A DNA stretch of 64,000 bases from the human T2T-CHM13v2.0 reference genome, Homo sapiens, in assembly GCF_009914755.1 (NCBI RefSeq), contig NC_060932.1; one strand, written 5' to 3'. This document shows, piece after piece, positions 25,816-39,003 of this stretch. The position numbers and the translations under genes are program-made. How positions within the stretch are numbered: the stretch's first letter is position 1; each line of letters opens with the position of its first letter. The notes under the pieces are model-generated. The model searched no databases. It was given only the letters and a program-made list of their open reading frames with translations, and was not told the DNA's origin.

Positions 25816-28101
25816 TTATAAACATTTTGGCTTACAAAATTTGTAGACACCTGTCAACAACTGCCACCTCCAGGCCTATTCTCATTATCTTTGTTGAAAT
25901 TATGATATGTTTTAATAACTATACTATCACTTTTATAGGTTCAAATTCTTTATATATCCATTTTATTTTATACAGAGTATTACATTTCCATTATACAGTC
26001 TTTTACTTAATGTAAAATAAAAAATAAATTCTCAATTTTCTAACAAATATTTCATCTAAAATATAGTCAAAGAAGAAACATTTCAGTCAAAATAATTTTA
26101 AGGGCTTGTGACACTACCTTCTTGGTGAAATTAAATAAGTTGAAATAGAGAACTCATGAATTGTCCTAGAAAAATAAGGATTTAGGCCAATATTAACATG
26201 AAAATTTAATTAAATCAGAATAAGCCAGTCTTTCTATAATTTTGTTTTGTCTTACAATAAAGAGACATACGGTTTCTTTGTTATGACAAGTCTAATTATT
26301 TGGAGAGATCAAGTGTTTTAAAATGTTAAAATTTCACTGATAAAAGCACATCCCTTTTTTGTCATAGACAAGACTGAAATTCTACTTTGACTCCTGTATT
26401 TTCATTAAAAAAATAAAGATTATATGTGTCTGATTCTTGGACACCTCCACAGCCAACTATGTTTGCATTATCTGAATTTGAGACAAAGATACCTTTGGCA
26501 AGTATTCCCCATCCTTAAAACAATTTCACCTTTAGTATTGTATACCTGCTTGAGATCATAGAAGATGTAGGTTTTCTGTTTGTTGAATGAATGAGTAACT
26601 GAGCAAACAAATGTGGATTAAAGATTTAGACTTCTGTCATTGACTTCTCCATAAAGATTCTGATATTGCAAAGGTATTTTCAATCCTTTGGGGATCATTT
26701 TTATACTCATGAGTTAATTTTTCTCCAATTTGTGTATTAGACATATGTTCTATTTAATTAACATATTCTGAATACATAAACAAATGTTTACATAAACAAA
26801 AGTTGCCAGGGGGTGGGAACAAGGAGAGAGGGATTCCTAACAGATGGGACTATTGATAACTAAAACTATTATTTATTGAAAGACTAATATACTTCAAGTG
26901 GAATCTTACAATTTTAAATATATTATTAAAACTGAAGTTGACAAGGTGAGCAATCAGCACTTGCTGCTATCAGAAATAAACTTAATGATGAAAAGTTATA
27001 GGCATGTTTAAGAAATAAAAGTGGAAATGATGGTTAAGAGATAAATGTTGAAAACTTCAAATGCAGCAAGATATGAACATGGATTTTGTTATTTTTGTTT
27101 TTTAATTCACATTTGATTTCTGTGATAGTATTAGAAAAAAAACCCTTTTATAAAGCTACTAAGATAATTCTTCTTTCTCTATTTTTAGCTAAAACATGAA
27201 CAGAAAATGTCATTTTGTGGGAAAGTCTCCTGCCAAAGGAGTGTGGATTTTTTTTACCAATTTTGTATATATAGGGACTTTGGAGGGTCTGGTCATTCCA
27301 TTTTTGTTCTTATACAAATGGCCAATGTTGCAATGACAAAATTCAACCATACTCATGATGATTACATTTACCAGCCATTAGAAACTGTATTCTTGAAGAT
27401 TAAACTTTGATTCTGAAAATTTTATATAAGATGGATCATTAGTTTCCTTCTCAAAATAACTCTATCCAAGTAAAGATTTTAAATTTTTTTGTATAGAAAA
27501 TTGAGGCATAGCAAAGTGAATTACTTCCAGAATTAAAAAAACAAGAATTAAAGAATATGTCTAATTTTGCCAGATAGAAATTGATAAAATTTACTTAAGG
27601 TTAGGAATCCAATGTTAATACTGCATATATATAATATGTATATAAAATATATATACTATATATGTATCTTTTGAATAATATTAATTTTTATAATATTTTA
27701 ATGATAAGAATACAATTTTGAATGTCATTTGCAACATTAATTTTGCTATGAGCTCTATTAAAAAGAATTGGAGTTTTGAACTTCTGAGTCTTAAGAATGT
27801 ATTTGCTATCGCAGCAACTTCCAACCACTTCTGCAAAAAAACACAGCACACTTTAATTTTGCTGGTTGTGTCTTTACTCCTGACCAGTTTAAAATTGAAT
27901 CTGAAACAAAAATGATGTGGTTTAATATAACTTAGAGTTATGAAACTAACAATCTATTTTGTTATTTAATCACACAGTAATTATACCTTTTTTGGTAAAT
28001 AATGTGGGGTTAATAGACATAATGGCACTTTCATTGAGAATAGGTAATGGAGAACGTAATAATCTAAGTGATTTAGATGAAAGTGATCTTTTGGTTTTTA
28101 T

Positions 28102-29874
28102 TGAGAAACAAAAATAAAATTCTAAGCCCGCCCAGCTGACTGAGCAGACAGTCCATTGGCCAAGGGAATCCCACAGAAACCTTGGAAGCTGAGCTGCTGG
28201 ACTTGACAGGATGGGAGGTCAAACACACCTGCTTATACTCTCTCAATAGTCACCATTAGGTCTTCTTCCCTAAGGGCTAAACAGAAACCACCCTTTCAAA
28301 AGACTCCACCACTGATTTCAACCAACCTCCTGACTGCCTCTTCCTTTTGTGGTTTCAGTACAACAACCATCTGGCATTCCTTCCTGATAAAGAGACTACC
28401 TGCCACAGAGTGGTTCTGGCCAGTCTATAGAGGATACACAGTGAGGATTTTCACGTCCTCTGTTTCACCTTTTGACATCAGAGAACCAAACACTCCACCC
28501 TGGGATCATCCTAATGACATCATTTTATGCACATGCAACACACAAAGAAACACAAAGCTCACCTGTGCATGTGCGATTTCTCCTTTCATAAATATTCATG
28601 ACTCCTCTTGTATAGAGGAAACCAGCCCCCAATATTTCAACGTAGGTTCTATTTTCCGTAAGTGTTGGCTGGTCTGAGAAATAAAGAGAAAGAGTACAAA
28701 GAGAGAAATTTTAGAGCTGGGCCTCTGGGGGTGTCATCACATTGGTAGGACTGTGATAACGACCCCGAGCCGCAAAACCAGCAAGTTTTTATTATGGATT
28801 TTAAAAGGGAAGGCAGTGTACGAACAGGGAGTAGGTCACAAGGATCACATGCTTCAAAGGGCAATAAAGTTCACAAGGTGAAGGCAAAATTAGAATTACC
28901 GATGAGGGTCTATGTCCCGCTGTGCACGCATTGTCTTGATAAACATCTTAACAGGAAACAGGGTTCAAGAGCAGACAACCGGTCTGACTAGAATTTACCA
29001 GGCTGGAATTTCCCAATCCTAGTAAGCCCGAGGGTGCTGCAGGAGACCAGAGTGTATTTCAGTCCTTATCTCAACCGCATAAGACAGACACTCCCAGAGT
29101 GGCATCTATAGACCTACCCCCAGGAATGCATTCCTTCCCCAGGGTCATTCCTGGCTGGGAAAAGAATTCAGTGATATTTCTCCTACTTGCACATCCGTCT
29201 ATAGGCTTCCTGAGAGAAGAAAAATATGGCTGTATTCTGCCCAACCTGGCAGGCAGTCAGACCTTATGGTTGTCTTCCCTTGTTCCCTGAAAATCACTGT
29301 TATTCTGTACTTTTTCAGGGTGCACTGATTTCATATTGTTCAAACACATGTTTTACAATCCATTTGTACAACAGTGGTCCTAAGGTGACATACATTTTCA
29401 GCTTACGAAGATAACATGATTAAGAGATTAAAGTAAAGACAGGCAAAAGAAATTATAAGAGTATTGATTGGGTAAGTGATAAATGTCCATGAAATTTTCA
29501 TAATTTATGTTCAGAGACTGCAGTAAAGACAGGTATAAGCAATTGTAAAAGTATTAATTTTGGGAACTGATAAATGTCCATGAAATCTTCACAATTTATA
29601 TTCTTCTGCCTCAGCTCCACCCGGTCCCTCCGTTCTGGGTCCCTGGCTTCCCAAAACACCCTTGTGGCTTATTAAATATGCATATTTGGCTACCCCAATC
29701 AGCATAAATTCCTGTTCCCTTTGCTGTTCCCTCAAAGTATCTGTTTTCATCTTCTGGCCGGAGGCTATGCTATTCCCAGCCTGGTCTGAATGGCCACACA
29801 GCAGGCTGCAACACTTTGTAAGAACTAAAGCTCTCCTTTCCAAATGTATAAACCTTGACATTCTCCAGTTAACA
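28102..29874 (+). mobile_element. ERV1 solo LTR (MER39/MER39B-like), split by MER11
   Basis: tgagaaacaaaaataaaattctaagccc...cattccttcctgataa...aatattcatgactcct, resuming after MER11 to ...cagttaaca. Confidence 0.75.
28611..29658 (-). mobile_element. MER11 (MER11B/C; HERV-K HML-8) solo LTR
   Basis: Minus strand starts TGTTTTGGGAAGCCAGGGACCC..AACGGAGGGACCGG. Has the internal tandem ataaatgtccatgaaat repeats. 6-bp TSD C(T/C)CTTG at 28605-28610 and 29659-29664. Confidence 0.93.
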
Positions 29875-30117
29875 ATACTTTGATAGCATGAGTTGCCTAA
29901 CTGGCTGCAAGTTAACACTGTCATCTTGTTTCCACTTAAATGGGAATAAGTGCTTCTCTTCTTGGGATGCACTAGATTGCTACAACTTGGTTATATATCC
30001 TTTATGTCATCAGGTCTAATTGTTTATGTTACTAGATTTTTTGATTGAAATAAGGAAAAAATAAGGTTGTTTTTATCTTCCTCCACTTATCTTGACACAT
30101 TCATCAGAAATTTTTTT

Positions 30118-30742
30118 TTTTACAAGTATAGATTTCTATTATATTAAATTGCTCTTCTGAATGATATAGAATTATAGTACATTTTAGGTTTTCTTTTTTT
30201 TATTATTATTATACTTTAAGTTTTAGGGTACATGTGCACAAAGTGCAGGTTTGTTACATATGTATACATCAGGGATCTAGAACTAGAAATACCATTTGAC
30301 CCAGCCATCCCATTACTGGGTATATACCCAAAGGATTATAAATCATGCTGCTGTAAGGACACATGCACACGTATGTTTATTGCGGCACTATTCACAACAG
30401 CAAAGACTTGGAACCAACCCAAATGTCCAACAATGATACACTGGATTAAGAAAATGTGGTACATATACACCATGGAATACTATGCAGCCATAAAAAATGA
30501 TGAGTTCATGTCCTTTGTAGGGATGTGGATGAAGCTGGAAACCATCATTCTCAGCAAACTATCGCAAGGACAAAAAACCAGACACCACATGTTCTCACTC
30601 ATAGGTGGGAATTGAACAATGAGAACACATGGACACAGGAAGGGGAACATCACACACCGGGGACTGTTGTGGGGTGGGGGGAGGGGGGAGGGATAGCATT
30701 AGGAGATATACCTAATGCTAAATGATGAGTTAATGGGTGCAG
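30118..30742 (-). mobile_element. L1PA3 insertion: 3' tip (30194-30269), inverted segment (30270-30742), probable 3' transduction (30122-30193)
   Basis: PA3 diagnostics: ctaatgctaaatga, aagttttaggg, gcaaggacaaaaa, ggggactgtt. Orientation switches at 30269/30270. Candidate TSD CAGAAAT(T/C)TTTTT at 30105-30117 and 30740-30752. Confidence 0.9.
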
Positions 30743-30889
30743 AAATCTTTTTGATTAATAATGTATTCTTTCTTGCCTGACTCTTACAACAGACTTCCCC
30801 AGGCCTAAAGCTATTTAAAATTTTGTACCCTAGTACCAAAAGGGTTAACTCATAGATATAAGATTTAAATAACAGATGCATTCTAATTG

Positions 30890-31240
30890 TTGTCTTCTTC
30901 CAGGTCTCATCCTTATCAATGTTTCTGTAGATTTTGCTGATATCTCTCTATTAAGTCTTCCATTATTCTTTTGTCTTTTCTTACTTCTCTGGCCCTCTAA
31001 AATTTTGGTGTTCCCTTATGTTTCTTCATACCCTTCTGTCCTTCTATTCTTATTCTATAAGTTCTCAGTGATTTTATTTTTACATAACCCCTCAGTTGCT
31101 GCCTATACATTGGTGGCTCCTAAATATGTGTTCTTAATCTAGATCTCTAAGGGCTAATTCCTTCTAGAAACTTGTAGCCAGTTATTCCATAGATATTTAA
31201 AATTTAATACAGTATTTACATCCAGACCAGAAAAGCCTTT
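30890..31240 (+). mobile_element. L2 internal fragment
   Basis: cctctaaaa..tggtgttccc, cctatacattggtggctcctaaat. Confidence 0.5.
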
Positions 31241-31285
31241 TTCCTGGGTCTTGCACTTTAAAACATCCCACATCTCTCCTACTCC

Positions 31286-31291
31286 CTCTTC

Positions 31292-31332
<41 letters not shown>

Positions 31333-31350
31333 CACACACACACACACACA
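31286..31350. repeat. (CT)n(CA)n compound microsatellite
   Basis: Read directly from the sequence. Confidence 0.95.
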
Positions 31351-31749
31351 GAGTACCAAAAAACACAAGAGTGCCTCTGTCATTTGGGATTGGCTGCTTA
31401 GTGCTGTATAGCACAACCTACCACCTTAAACATCTGTACTCCTAACACTGTAAAGTTCCCAGGTAATTTCATCTCCTCTTATCCTGTCCTGTACCTTCAA
31501 AACAAAAGGCAACTGTGTAGGAACATTCTTCTGTTAGAGTGAGAGTCAGACACGGCTTCAGACAAAAAGGATTTGAGCTGTAAAAGCAGTTAGATAAGAA
31601 AAAAAAAAGATGTAATTTTCTTGTAAAATCCCACCTCAGAATATCTAAAAGAGTAGCATATCCCAGTATTACCAAGTATCTTTTTTCTTTTTTTAAATAT
31701 CTTTCTGAAGGTTCTGAGGAATTAGCATAGTATTTACAACACTTAAGGA

Positions 31750-32368
31750 ATTATCAATATGTAGATAAAAACAATTTGCATGAAACATGACACCAATTTT
31801 TACTGACAATTAGATGAATATAGTGTCATATAAAGGCAAAAGTTTGGTTTTTGTAAAAATGTCTAATAATATCTAATTACATTTCTTAAAACTTTATTTT
31901 GTAATTTTATTTCAAAATTGTATATTTAATATACTTTACATGTAATTTTAATTATTTTGATTTTTTTGGAAAATGAACTTTTAAAATGTATATTTTTAAT
32001 ATTTTTTCCATTAATTCATGTTAATTTACATTTTTTATGAAGATACATTCAAACTGCACACACTTTGAAGAGAATTATATTTTATTTTCAATCATTTACA
32101 TAATTCAGCGAGTACTGTTCAACATTGTGACAGTAACCAACAAGTACAAAAGTATAGCCCAGGAAAGGAAAAAGATTAAAAAGACAAGAAATAGAAATTT
32201 TCTCTGAATAAGACATATTTTTTAAGATAGCATTATAGGACTTTTTAAACAGGTTTTTTTTTTTTTTTTTTTAAGCTTAACATCTGACTTTTAGATATTT
32301 AGAAATGTAGCATGTGAGTTTCCATTTATACTCTTGCCACACGCTCGGCAAATGTTAGGTATAGGACT
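31750..32368. mobile_element. Possible hAT-Tip100 (Arthur1-like) fragment
   Basis: The right end, ccatttatactcttgcc....gcaaatgttagg, resembles that family's terminus. Left boundary uncertain. Confidence 0.35.
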
Positions 32369-32559
32369 TTTCAAATTCCGTGTCCATAACCCAACTTAGT
32401 ATCTTTTTCTTTTAAATCTACTTTGCTTCACATATTTTGTAATATATTACTCAACCCTCTACCCAATTCCTTAAGCCAGAAACCTACATGTCACTCTAAT
32501 TCTTCTTCACCCCTAAAATCTAGTCAACAAATATTTCTTTTTTAATTCTGAAGTCTTTT

Positions 32560-33515
32560 TGTTGGGGGCAAGGCCCTTGGCCATCTGAAGTTTTGCTGAA
32601 ATATCAGCTCACAATGAGGCAGATTAATAAGAAAAGATATACAAATTTATTTAACTGTGTGCACGAGGAGAATCACAGTGATTGCTCCACATCCCAATAG
32701 CGTCCAAAAGCTTATATACCATATTAAGGTCACAGAAAGACTGAGGGCTTGGATCCTGGCAAAACAGGTTATAGGACCAGGAGAAGAGGAATTCTACTAG
32801 GGGGCAATAAATGATTACTAGGGAGAATGATTGGATTGGGGAACAGAAATTTACTTATAAATAGTTCTCTTTGGAATTTAAATGATACTTGGAGACAGTC
32901 CACATTTTGTAAAATTAGGGCCCTGCAGTAGTCTGTTTTCATACTGCTAATAAAGACATACTGGAGATTGGGTAATTTATAAGGAAAAAGAGGTTTAATG
33001 GACTCACAGTTCCATGTGGCTGGGGAGGCCTCACAATCATGGTGGAAGGCAAGGAGGAGCAAGTCACATCTTACATGGCAGCAGGGAAGAGCAAGCTTGT
33101 GTAGAGGAACTCCTCTTTATAAAACCACCAGATCTTGTGAGACTTATTCACTATCATGAGAACAGCATGGGAAAGACCCATGCCCATGATTCAATTACCT
33201 CCCACTGGGTCCCTCCCATGACATGCGGGAATTGTAGGAGCTACAATTCAAGATGAGATTTGGGTGGGAACACAGCCAAACTGTATCAGGCCCATTCTGG
33301 TGTGGTTACATTCTTGGTCTTCTTTCCAGTAAAGGGTAATAAGATAACAGGGAGGGGAACAAGGACAATTGTTCTCCTTGATGGGTCAGTCCTACCTTTA
33401 TGCAGACAGATGAAGAGTCTCTTCCAGCTCATGTTGATCTCTAAGGATTTTTAATTCAAAGTTCTCATTATATCAGAGAGCCACATTTTGTGGTGAAATT
33501 TCCTGTGCCCATTCA
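32560..33515 (-). mobile_element. ERV1 solo LTR (MER34 group), split by THE1B
   Basis: Minus strand starts TGAATGGGCACAGGAAATTTCACCACAAAATGTGGC. Contains aggcagattaata...caaatttatt near the other end. Confidence 0.7.
32924..33288 (-). mobile_element. THE1B solo LTR
   Basis: ctgctaataaagacatac...gagcaagtcacatcttacatgg...cagccaaactgtatca. Perfect TSD GGCCC at 32919-32923 and 33289-33293. Confidence 0.93.
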
Positions 33516-33761
33516 ATTTTTAAAATATCTTTAGAATTCATCATCTCCTCAGAAATCTTTCTGGGCCAACCTATACAAAGCAGCCTCTTCCACCCTTCCA
33601 TTCAGCAACACCCTATCTCTATTGTAAACTAAAAACAGTATCTGAAAGAGGTCTCAATCCACTTAGAGGTTTTTGTTTTTGCTTTTGTTTTGTTGTTTTG
33701 TTTTGCTTTTTGTCAAGGTTGAGAATATACCTGGAAAAGGAGACGCAAGTCATAGTAGGGT

Positions 33762-34616
<855 letters not shown>

Positions 34617-35103
34617 GGATCTGTGTCCCATACTTTTTCCAGAAAGGATTTTGAGGGCTTCAGTATTTAAATGGGGAAAAAAGCAGGCCAGGAGGGGAAA
34701 GGGGAAAAAAAGGAGGGAAGGTAGTGAGATAAGTGATCACATTCCTGTCATGCCTTCACTAGCAATCATTGAATCCATATGTTACATGTGAAAGGCAGTG
34801 GTAGGAGAACAGTCAATTACGCATTCATCTCTTACTCAGTCAATCTGCATTTGTCTCAGTGGGGGCAAAAGGATAATTTCCGGTCTTGTTTTTGTCCTGT
34901 ACTTGTGAAGATAAACTGTTAATTTTCATTGTTATGGTAAGGGAGTCCCCTGAAAGATATGTGCCCATCTATCTTGCAGCTGACTGTTTAGTAAGAAAAG
35001 GAAAGGCAGTTTCTTGCATGACTCAGTTTCCAGGCTTAACTTTTCCCTTCTGCATAGTGAGTTTGGGTTCCTGAGATTTTATTTTATTTTCCTTCCACAC
35101 TAT

Positions 35104-35302
35104 CTAATTTCTTCCTCATACTTATTAATTTGGAACTTATTACATTTATATACTTATTTTTCAGAGATTAATCTCTACCCCTACATGATAGTACAGGCTC
35201 CAAGTAGGTTTATCTAGCTCATCACTATATTTGTGAGGCCTAGAACACTGCCTGGTACATAAGAACAACTGAGTAAATAACTTGTTAAATTAATGAATGA
35301 AT
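35104..35302 (+). mobile_element. L2 3' end, continuing the L2 pieces at ~32450-32545 and 33516-33618
   Basis: cctagaacactgcctggtacata...taaataacttgttaaattaatgaatgaat. Confidence 0.8.
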
Positions 35303-36539
35303 TTTCTGTGTCCACACAGATGTTTAGTGAAAAGAGAATGTCTCATTTTAGGCAACTTTTTTTTGAAGAGCAAAACATTTAGTGTGTCTGTGCAGCCCTT
35401 TTGATACACAAAGAATTTTGTTATTGGTCTTACAGCTGCATTTAGAATCTTCTTTCACTGAATGAAGAAGCATTCTCTTAAATAACTGGACTTTCTTAGC
35501 TGCAGTACTGATTAATGGCTCATTGTGCAAGCAAACTCAGGGTGATGAAAGATGCTTGAATCTTCTAAGAAGTCTCTGTTTCCCTGACAATCTTTTGGAC
35601 TTTATTCTTGAAAGCCACCCATTCTTTTAATAACACATGATCATTATTTTTCTTAAAGGTTTTCATTGTTTCAGGTCTATTTTATTATTTTAAAAGGTAA
35701 TTTCTTACTAACAATAGGAAAATAATTAAATTATAAAGTTTTCAAATAAAGGTGTCCTTTAATCTTACATACGGTTTTCAAAATTATTTGACGCATGTGA
35801 TAAAAGTTTTTGCTAACCAGTGTATTTTAAACTCAATGTTTCTTGACATTGGTGAAATAAACATATTATGTCAAAGAGAGTGCAAGTTACTTCTTATATT
35901 AAACACAACCTGGAAATGATACATTGATTAATGTCTGTGGTTGTAGACATGTGCGTTGTAAGTGTCTCTCCAATTGGATTCTTTGTCATAAGCAAGGGTT
36001 CTCAACATTTCTGGTGGGATTCCACTTTTTCATTTTTCTCTTCTCTATGGGGAGAATACCAGTTTTTTTCTCAATTCCTTGTTTTGACTGTATTATTTTA
36101 GTCTATAGAACAGATGGCTTTCAAATTATTGAGCTTGCTCTTGAGAAATGTCTTGAGAAATGCAAACTTAGTCAAGAAAACCTTTAAGCAATTTTTCATG
36201 TGTTTCTTTTTTTATAAAATTAGTCCATGAAACCTAGTTTTGAAAATGAATAACATGATTCATAATTAAGATAGTATAAATTCAACTTCATCTATACTTT
36301 CCTTAATGAGTAAAATACTTTATAGACAGCTGGAAAGATTTAACTGTACTAATGGTATATCAGGGATTATAAGCAAAACTTTAAAATGAATGTAAATTAG
36401 TTCAGAGAAGCAGAAGAAAGAGACATTTTAATTCTCATCAGCAAGTCATTCATTTTCTCTTAGTTTCTTTACACACTACTTTATGTTTTTGGAAATGAGT
36501 TCATCGTGCCCACATCTGAACACAGAAGCAGTGTTACTG

Positions 36540-36665
36540 TGCCTGCCCTTAACTCTCTCCCGTCTGTTCTCCACAATGCACACCAGTTATCTTTCTAAAA
36601 CATCCTTTTTTGTATCACTTTCCTGATTAAAAATCTCAGAGACCCCAGATTCCAATGATAGCCTT
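36540..36665 (+). mobile_element. L2 fragment
   Basis: tctgttctccaca....ccagttatctttctaaaac...tcactttcctgattaaaaatct. Confidence 0.65.
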
Positions 36666-36670
36666 CAGGG

Positions 36671-37283
36671 TGTGAGCTCAACTGAAGGAGTTCAACTCCT
36701 GGAAAATGTTTTATTTTTCAGTCCTAACCATATATTATTAAAAAGTCAAAACCTGGCAGGCCTCATGAGGAAAAGGTACCCTCCCCACATCAGATATGGT
36801 ATAGAGCCAGGGCACTACAGTTTCCAAGGAAAGTTGCAATCAAAGACTCAGGCCCCTCTGGCCCATCCTGCTCTGCATATTTGCATTCCTGGCCCATGTG
36901 TTTCATTTCTAGATGTCTTTATCTGAGGCCTGAGCAGACGTCATCTTTAGGTACCTCTGCCAAGGCCTCCTTATGAGATAGGTGGGAAAGAGACACCTTG
37001 AAGACATTTTGCCCCAGTGGGGCCCATAATACCTCTGGCCCTTTTTCCCTGGGCTCTCTCAACAATGAGACAACTGCCATGATACCTGACCTCTCGCCCA
37101 TGTGCAACACATTGGGGGAAAGTGGAACAGGAGGAGTCAGGACTTCCTCCAATATCTACTCTTGCTTGTACCATGGCAGTAAGTCATCAAAAGCTTCACC
37201 ATTTCTTTCCTTTTTGGCTTCAATCAGCTAACCTGAGATCTGGCAACCCAGCTCTTTCTCCCAGCTCAGCTGAGCCCTTGATA
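36671..37283 (+). mobile_element. Probable old ERVL solo LTR (MER54/MER73/MER74 group, tentative)
   Basis: GC-rich ~610-bp block starting TGT and ending ctcagctgagcccttgata, with a decayed poly(A) signal (aagtcatcaaaagct). No clear TSD. Confidence 0.45.
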
Positions 37284-38970
37284 CCACTCAACACTGCCTC
37301 AGGTACCACAGCCGACTCTGCCCTGGGCACCTGCACTTCCAGTCTTGGCATTTCCCCTCTTATTTCTGTCTTTTCTTCTCATGTTCTTTCCATGATTGAA
37401 TAACTCGCTCAGAGGCTCATTTTCAATCTGATTTATTCTGGCAGAATTAATTGCCTCCTCCTCTGTATTCTCCTCATGTGGGTAGGTGACTGAGAAGTAA
37501 TTCTTTTTAAAATAATTTACATTATAAAATTATAAAAGCAACATGGCCATGTTACAGTACATTTGAAAAAAAAGAAGAGAGTAAATAAATAGTTTTTAAT
37601 TATCCTACCACCTTGAGGCAATTTTCATTATCATCTGGGAATTTATCTTTAACTCAATTGTCGTATATCCGCTATGTTTAAATAGCTAAATGGTAGTTAC
37701 AGTGTAACTCCAACCACTTGTTCCTAGCCCCACCCCACTAACAACATGCATGCAATGAACATGTCTTACTATTGATAAAACAGTCTTCAAAACCAGTGTT
37801 TCAATGACATTATAATAATTTATAGAGAACTGACATTATTTGCTAAGCTATATTGCTAATCACTTGTTTGAATTGTTGCTATCTTAGTTACATGAATGTA
37901 CAAGCATGGGTGATGTAGCAGTGATGAGGACACATTGTATGAGGTAAGACCAGAGCTCAGGGTACTAATTTGAAAAACCAAGAACCTCATATACTGCCAT
38001 AAAATATGAATGTGAAAAAAATGAAAATGTCAAGGCATCCCAAATTATGTAGCGGTATAGGGCTACTATGATGTATCTGTCATATTCTTGGGTCTGCATT
38101 TAGACTGTGAGAATTTCCAGGTATTTCTTTCTCCTTCTGGAGATTTACAGTCAGTCTTCAAGTTTGCTCCTCTATAAGAATGTATCTGATTTTGTTAAGA
38201 AAGTTCTTGAGAATTGCTTCTGAACATTACAAAATTGACTACCTATCAGTCTTCTTATTCATCTTTACCTGCTAATGCTGGTTTCCCACATAAGTACTCA
38301 GGGATGGCTCAGAAATAAACAACAAACAGTTGTTGGTAAAAGTCCCCTTAAAAGCTTCTCCTTGTGCTAGGACCAGAGTTACTATGGGAAAGTAAGCTTG
38401 TCTCACGTACTGTGAAAAGTCAAAGAACAAGAAAAAATTGCTTCATCGTAAAGAATATGATATAGTACCTGCGAAATGAAACTGTTTTAGCAGATGCAGA
38501 AAGAAATAGAAAATAGTTTAACAATAGTTCAAAAAATATCTATTTCTCCCGTATCGTTGAAGCCTATGCACACTGATATTTTTCCTGGCCTGTGAGCTTT
38601 TAACTATATTAAAAAATAACCCATAATATATTATAGTAAAGGTCACCTGTCTAAGTAGGTGAAAGTTATTACATCAAAATAATGACCAGGAGAACATGAA
38701 AGAAGTGAACCCAAGTTATAGGGAGAGATTTAGAAAGGCTGTAATAATTTCTTCTCACTGCCCCCTTGAGAAGGCCTGTTAATACAGGAAGGCTATAAAA
38801 TGCAATTCCTTATAGTCAATACATCTAGGATACACTTCCACGTATCTAGGAGGGTGTAGGTGTGGTCCTACCTAAAAGCATAACAAACAGCTAAACAAAT
38901 GACTTCTTATCACTCCAGTCAGTCAAAATGTCATTTTTTAACATAGTAGCTGTTAGTTTAGGCTCTCCTT

Positions 38971-39003
38971 TAAAACAAAACAAACAAACAAACAAACAAA
39001 AAA
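38971..39003. repeat. (AAAC)n
   Basis: Read directly from the sequence. Confidence 0.9.

Noticed and set aside
27189-27410. Strong plus-strand acceptor followed by an open frame (LKHEQKMSFCGK...)
   Set aside because: No donor, no recognisable protein similarity and AT-rich composition; likely chance.
29420-29605. Spaced direct repeats that look superficially CRISPR-like
   Set aside because: These are the known internal tandem duplications of MER11. The DNA is primate and there are no cas genes.
29589-29972. 127-aa minus-strand ORF and the overlapping 73-aa ORF
   Set aside because: They run across two LTRs and flank, with no protein family signal.
19898-30615. ORFs 19898-20140 and 30232-30615 (TAKTWNQPKCP...IGGN)
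   Set aside because: C-terminus of L1 ORF2 in truncated copies. The second ORF is a chance fusion across the inversion junction.
20196-30692. G-quadruplex motifs at ~20196-20217 and ~30671-30692
   Set aside because: Standard G-rich tract of the L1PA 3'UTR.
37888-37943. Possible 56-nt plus-strand exon ending GAG/gtaaga
   Set aside because: Mediocre acceptor, unrecognised peptide and no partner exons.
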